NCBI RefSeq assembly: GCF_965221685.1
Contig: NZ_OZ244907.1
DNA from: Candidatus Palauibacter sp.
GTDB lineage: Bacteria > Gemmatimonadota > Gemmatimonadetes > Palauibacterales > Palauibacteraceae
Reading direction: 5' to 3' (one strand)
DNA length: 64,000 nucleotides
In this document: piece after piece, positions 59,839-64,000 of the stretch
How positions within the stretch are numbered: the first letter of the stretch is position 1
How the letters are laid out: each line of letters opens with the position of its first letter
Notes under the pieces: model-generated
What the model was told of the DNA's origin: nothing
Seen by the model: the letters and a program-made list of their open reading frames with translations, nothing else
Databases searched by the model: none
Program-made: the position numbers and the translations under genes

Positions 59839-61218
59839 ATGAAGACAATCGCGAGCGTGGCGGCGATGGCGTTGACCCTTGGCGGGATGCCCGGGCTCTC
59901 GGTGACGCCGTTGAAGGCGCAGGCGCGGGACTACCGGCCGGAGCGGCCGTTCGGGACGCTTCGGGAGCAGGCGCGGACGCAGCAGGCGTGGCTGGCGGAA
60001 CGGCTCGAGACGAACCTGCCCATGCTGATGCGGAAGCACGGGGTGGACATGTGGGTCATCGCCATGCGGGAGTACAACGAGGATCCCGTCTTCCCCGCCC
60101 TCGTCTCCCCCACGACCTTCGCGGCCCGCCGCCGGACCATCTACATCTTCCACGACCGCGGGCCGGAAGCAGGCGTCGAGCGCCTGGCGCTGGGGGGCAG
60201 TTCGCAGGGAGGCGTGTACGAAGCCGTGCGCGCCACGGCCACCGCCCCTGACGGACGCCAGGCGGAACTGTGGGGCGCGGACCAGTGGGACCTCTTCGCC
60301 GACATGGTGCGCGAGCGCGACCCGCAGCGGATCGCCGTGAACATCTCGCACGACCACAACTTCGCTGACGGACTCTCGGCGGGAGAGTGGGAGCAGATGG
60401 AGACCGCCCTGGGCTCGAACCTCGCGGGCCGCGTCGTCCGTGAACCGCTGCTGGCGATCGAGTACCTCGCCATGCGCGTGCCCTCGATGGCGCCCGTCTA
60501 TCGCCGGATCCAGGCGGTGGTGCACGAGGTCATCGGCACGGCGTTCTCCGAAGTCGTCATCGTCCCCGGCCAGACCACGACCGCCGATGTCGTGTGGTGG
60601 ATGCGCCAGCGCGTGCACGACCTGGGGCTTGACTCCTGGTTCCAGCCCTCCGTGTCCGTGCAACGGCGCGGCGTCGACATGACCGGCGTGACGGCGCCGG
60701 TGATCGAGCGCGGCGACGTCCTCCACTGCGACTTCGGGCTCGTCGCGTACGGACTCGCGACCGACACGCAGCACATGGCCTACGTCCTCCGGGAAGGCGA
60801 GACGGACGCCCCCGCCGGCCTCCAACAGGCGCTGGCGAACTCGAACCGCCTCCAGGACATCCTCCTTGAGGAGACGAAGGTCGGCCGCACCGGCAACGAG
60901 ATCCTCGCCTCCGTCCTCGAGAAGATGCGGGCGGAGGGGCTGAACGGAACGATGTACACACACCCGATCGGGGACCACGGCCACGGCGCGGGCCCGCTGA
61001 TCGGACTATGGGATTACCAGACCGGGGTTCCCGGCCGGGGCGATCCTCCGGTGATCCCGGGCATGTGGTTCTCGACCGAACTCCAGGTGACGACGCCGGT
61101 GGCCGAATGGGACGGTCAGCCCGTGCGCATGGCGCAGGAGGAGGAAGCGGAGATCACGCTGGACGGCGAGATCCGCTGGATGCTCCGGCGGCAGACCGAA
61201 CTGCACCTGGTCCGCTAG
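59839..61218 (+). CDS. M24-family metallopeptidase (Xaa-Pro aminopeptidase/creatinase-like), secreted
   Basis: Signal peptide. Pita-bread fold metal ligands (HCDFGLV..D, HPIGDHGHG, E...E). Confidence 0.7.
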   Translation: MKTIASVAAMALTLGGMPGLSVTPLKAQARDYRPERPFGTLREQARTQQAWLAERLETNLPMLMRKHGVDMWVIAMREYNEDPVFPALVSPTTFAARRRTIYIFHDRGPEAGVERLALGGSSQGGVYEAVRATATAPDGRQAELWGADQWDLFADMVRERDPQRIAVNISHDHNFADGLSAGEWEQMETALGSNLAGRVVREPLLAIEYLAMRVPSMAPVYRRIQAVVHEVIGTAFSEVVIVPGQTTTADVVWWMRQRVHDLGLDSWFQPSVSVQRRGVDMTGVTAPVIERGDVLHCDFGLVAYGLATDTQHMAYVLREGETDAPAGLQQALANSNRLQDILLEETKVGRTGNEILASVLEKMRAEGLNGTMYTHPIGDHGHGAGPLIGLWDYQTGVPGRGDPPVIPGMWFSTELQVTTPVAEWDGQPVRMAQEEEAEITLDGEIRWMLRRQTELHLVR

Positions 61219-61272
61219 CGACGCGCGGGCGCGCGGCTCCGGATGTTCCCGCGGGAATGCCCCGAATTTGTA

Positions 61273-62508
61273 CTACTCGTGTCCCTGGTCCGTACCGATC
61301 ACGGACTCGGCCGCCAGCCTGGAGACTTCCGCGTCGGAGAGTTCGAGCACGTCGGTCAGGATCTGTCTCGTGTCGCGGCCCAGGGTCGGCGCGGGGTTCA
61401 GCGGGACGTCGGGGGCGTCTGAGGTGAGGAGCGGCGTGCGGACGAACTGGAGTTCGCCGAGTCCGTCGTAGTCCACGGTGACCCGCACCCCGCGCGCCTC
61501 GAGTTGTGGACACTCGAGCAGGTCGTCGGAGGTCTGCACGGGACCGGCGGGGACGCCCACCTCCTGGAGCCGCCGTACGGCCTCGTCGCGCGTCAGTTCG
61601 GCGAACACGGGCCGGACGACCTCGTCGAGGAGCGCCCTGTGCTCGGTGCGCAGGTCGGGGGAGGCCAGACGGGGGTCGTCCAGCAGGTCGGGGCGTTCCA
61701 GCATGCGGCAGAAGCGGCGCCACATGATGTCGTCCGGAATCGTGAAGGCCACATAACCGTCGCTCACGGGCATTGGCCCGCGCGGATAGAAGCCGGGCGG
61801 ATCCCCCCGCTTCGGCCTCGCCCCCGTGTTGGCCGAGAGCGAGACCATGCGCTCGTTCAGTGACAGCACGCCGTCGTACATCGCCGAATCCACGAACTGG
61901 CCCGTCCCCGTCACCGTGCGCCGGTAGAGGGCCATCGAGATGCCGTGCGCCGCGGCCATCCCGGCGTAGAGATCCGGCATCCCGTAGATCGAGGGGGACG
62001 GCGGCTTATCGGCGAAGCCGATCATGTGCATGACGCCGCCCATCGCCTCCGCCACGACGTCGAACGACGGCCAGCTCCCGTACGGCCCCTCCCGCCCCGG
62101 CAGCCGCCCGAAGCCCGACACCGCCGCGTAGATCAGTCCCGGGTTCAGTTCCGAGAGCGCCTCGTAGCCTAGACCCATCCGGTCGACGGACCCCGGCCGC
62201 AGGTTCTCGACCACGACATCGGACTTCGCCACCAGGGACCGGTAGAGGTCGCGCCCCTCATCGCTCTTGAGGTTGAGCGCGAGCGATTTCTTGTTCCGGT
62301 TGTAGGCCATGAACCCGACGCCCATGCGGACGCCGTTCCGCTCGACGAAAGGAGGGATGGAGCGGCGCGGATCCCCCGCGCCCGGACGCTCGATCTTGAT
62401 GACTTCGGCCCCCGCGTCGGCGAGCAGCAGCGAGCAGTAGGGGGCGGACATGTATTGCTCGAGCGCGACCACGCGCACGCCCGCCAGCGGCCGACCGGAG
62501 TCGGTCAT
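61273..62508 (-). CDS. CaiB/BaiF family III CoA-transferase
   Basis: GVRVVALEQYMSAPYCSLLLADAGAEVIKIERP ... typical family III signature and length. Confidence 0.85.
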   Translation of the reverse strand: MTDSGRPLAGVRVVALEQYMSAPYCSLLLADAGAEVIKIERPGAGDPRRSIPPFVERNGVRMGVGFMAYNRNKKSLALNLKSDEGRDLYRSLVAKSDVVVENLRPGSVDRMGLGYEALSELNPGLIYAAVSGFGRLPGREGPYGSWPSFDVVAEAMGGVMHMIGFADKPPSPSIYGMPDLYAGMAAAHGISMALYRRTVTGTGQFVDSAMYDGVLSLNERMVSLSANTGARPKRGDPPGFYPRGPMPVSDGYVAFTIPDDIMWRRFCRMLERPDLLDDPRLASPDLRTEHRALLDEVVRPVFAELTRDEAVRRLQEVGVPAGPVQTSDDLLECPQLEARGVRVTVDYDGLGELQFVRTPLLTSDAPDVPLNPAPTLGRDTRQILTDVLELSDAEVSRLAAESVIGTDQGHE

Positions 62509-62565
62509 GGGTGGATCTCCCGGGTTCGAGGGGTCAAGTCTGGGTCCGGCGAGCGGCCCGAGGGG

Positions 62566-64000
62566 TCAGCTCGTCGCCGCCACGGTGCGATACTTGTCGA
62601 ACCACGCCACGATGTTCGCGATCTTGGCCATGAGTTGGCTCGGGCGGCGGCTCATGTCGTGCGAGGCCCCCGGCAGCCGGATCACGGCCGTGTCGATCCC
62701 GCGCAGCTTCAGCGCGTGGAACATCTGGTACGACTCCGAGAGCGGCGTCCGCAGATCCTCCTCTCCCGTGATGATCATCGTGGGCGTCGTCACGTTCCCC
62801 ACCAGGGAAATCGGGGAAAATTCCCAGTACGCGTCCGGGTTCTCCCACGGAAGCCCCTCGTAGCGGCTGTGGTAGTAGCCGTACCAGTTGTCCGCGGTGA
62901 GCGTCTTGCTGATCCAGTTGACGACGGGTTTCTGGGACACCGCGGCGCGGAAGCGGTCCGTCTTGCCGACGATCCAGGCCGTCATGATGCCGCCGGCGCT
63001 CCCTCCGGTGACGAAGAGGTTGTCCTCGTCGATGTACCCGTGATCGATCACGGCATCGACCCCGGAGATGAGATCGTCGTAGTCCTGCCCCGGATAGTTG
63101 TGATAGAGGAGGTCCGCGAACTCCTCGCCGTAGCTCGTGCTCCCGCGGGGGTTCGCGTAGAGAACGACGTAGCCGGCCGCGGCGAGAAGCTGCATCTCGG
63201 CCGAGAAGCGGTCGCCGTAGTTCGAGACGGGTCCGCCGTGAATTTCGAGGATGAGGGGATAGCGCCGGTCCGGGTCGAAATCGGGCGGCTTCACGATCCA
63301 CCCCTGGACCGGACGCCCGTCGAACGAGGAATCCCACCAGATCTCCTCGACCTCGCCGAGCTGACGGTTCGCGAGCAGGTCCTCGTTGAGCGACGTGATG
63401 CGGCGCACATCTCCGCCTCTCGAGCCTACGGCGACCTCGCCCGGGGATTCGGGACGCGTCTGGTTGAGCGCGAAACTCCCGTCGTTGGCCACGCTGAAGG
63501 AGCCGCCGCCGTAGGGACGCCCGTAGGATGTGCCTCCCAGATCCTCCGCCAGCACTTCGAGATCGCCGGCGAGCGTGGCGAAGCCGACCTTCGAGTTCCC
63601 CTCGTCGTCGTACTGGAAGTAGATCCCGCTCCCGTCGGAAGCCCACGCCGGGTTGGACACGCTGCGGTCGAGATCGCCCGTGAGGACGCGCTGCCCGCTC
63701 CCATCCAGGTTCATCACCTGCAGCTGGCTCACCTGGTAGGTGCGCGTGCGGTCCTCGTAACCGACGAACGCGATCTGCCGTCCGTTGGGAGAGACGGCCG
63801 GACTCCGGTCGGGTCCGGGGCGGTCCGTGAGGGGGCGCACTTCCCCGGTGGCGACCGAGACGACGTAGAGTTCGGAGTTCCGGTAATCGTGGATCCAGTC
63901 CTCGTTCCGGTTCGACGAGAAGACGAGGTGCTGACCGTCGGGGGTCCAGGCGGCGGGGCTCTGGTGCTGGAAATCGCCCGACGTGACCTGCGTCGGTGTC
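62566..64000 (-). CDS. S9-family serine peptidase, partial (N-terminus beyond the window end)
   Basis: GGSAGGIMTAW nucleophile elbow plus propeller repeats. The reading frame stays open upstream of the ORF-track start (…VVSVATGEVRPLTDRP...) to position 64000. Confidence 0.8.
   Translation of the reverse strand, partial: TPTQVTSGDFQHQSPAAWTPDGQHLVFSSNRNEDWIHDYRNSELYVVSVATGEVRPLTDRPGPDRSPAVSPNGRQIAFVGYEDRTRTYQVSQLQVMNLDGSGQRVLTGDLDRSVSNPAWASDGSGIYFQYDDEGNSKVGFATLAGDLEVLAEDLGGTSYGRPYGGGSFSVANDGSFALNQTRPESPGEVAVGSRGGDVRRITSLNEDLLANRQLGEVEEIWWDSSFDGRPVQGWIVKPPDFDPDRRYPLILEIHGGPVSNYGDRFSAEMQLLAAAGYVVLYANPRGSTSYGEEFADLLYHNYPGQDYDDLISGVDAVIDHGYIDEDNLFVTGGSAGGIMTAWIVGKTDRFRAAVSQKPVVNWISKTLTADNWYGYYHSRYEGLPWENPDAYWEFSPISLVGNVTTPTMIITGEEDLRTPLSESYQMFHALKLRGIDTAVIRLPGASHDMSRRPSQLMAKIANIVAWFDKYRTVAATS

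Overview
High-GC (roughly 70% by eye) bacterial chromosomal segment. It is densely packed with about 48 genes on both strands. No rRNA, tRNA, CRISPR array or obvious transposase/IS element was found. Start/stop overlaps of the NTGA type are everywhere, so operons are compact and translationally coupled. The gene content (many secreted S9/M1/M24 peptidases, Tat and lipoprotein signals, YVTN beta-propeller, PSCyt-like cytochrome c, DUF5916) suggests a Gram-negative, proteolytic, aerobic organism, perhaps Gemmatimonadota-like. That taxonomic guess is inference only. Recognisable blocks, left to right: (1) a methionine-cycle pair, bifunctional homocysteine S-methyltransferase/MTHFR plus B12-dependent methionine synthase MetH, whose leader carries a hairpin+U8 attenuator. 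(2) A DUF5916/CBM9-like outer-membrane protein. (3) A frameshifted OSBS/N-succinylamino-acid-racemase-like enolase gene coupled to a GNAT-like gene. (4) An S9 peptidase coupled to an SDR. (5) A PadR regulator with a textbook pair of 12-bp palindromic operators, followed by a SHOCT-like membrane protein. (6) An AGCS Na+/alanine symporter. (7) A glycogen locus (glgP-like GT35, glgB, glgA, two GH57 proteins). It is interrupted by an 8-kb, 8-gene cluster containing four ATP-grasp ligases (three close L-amino-acid-ligase-like paralogs plus one divergent), an S51 (cyanophycinase/peptidase E family) serine peptidase and two esterases, one with an N-terminal CBM48/E-set-like beta-sandwich. This cluster is the most likely candidate for an undescribed system: NRPS-independent peptide ligation and/or aminoacylation of a glucan-type substrate, with a dedicated hydrolase set. 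(8) The conserved membrane protein/DUF4129/DUF4350/MoxR AAA+/DUF58 module, here next to an RDD–SpoIIM fusion protein. (9) A PspB-like small membrane protein with an ABC-2 exporter. (10) M1 peptidase, DUF418, S9 peptidase and a YcaQ-like wHTH protein that apparently starts at a CTG. (11) A YVTN beta-propeller, a di-haem cytochrome c and an LhgO-like FAD oxidase, translationally coupled. (12) Class II aldolase, a YpdA-like flavoprotein, amidohydrolase, M24 peptidase, CaiB/BaiF CoA-transferase and a partial S9 peptidase. All functional calls are from reading the translated ORFs by eye (motifs, domain order), not from database searches.
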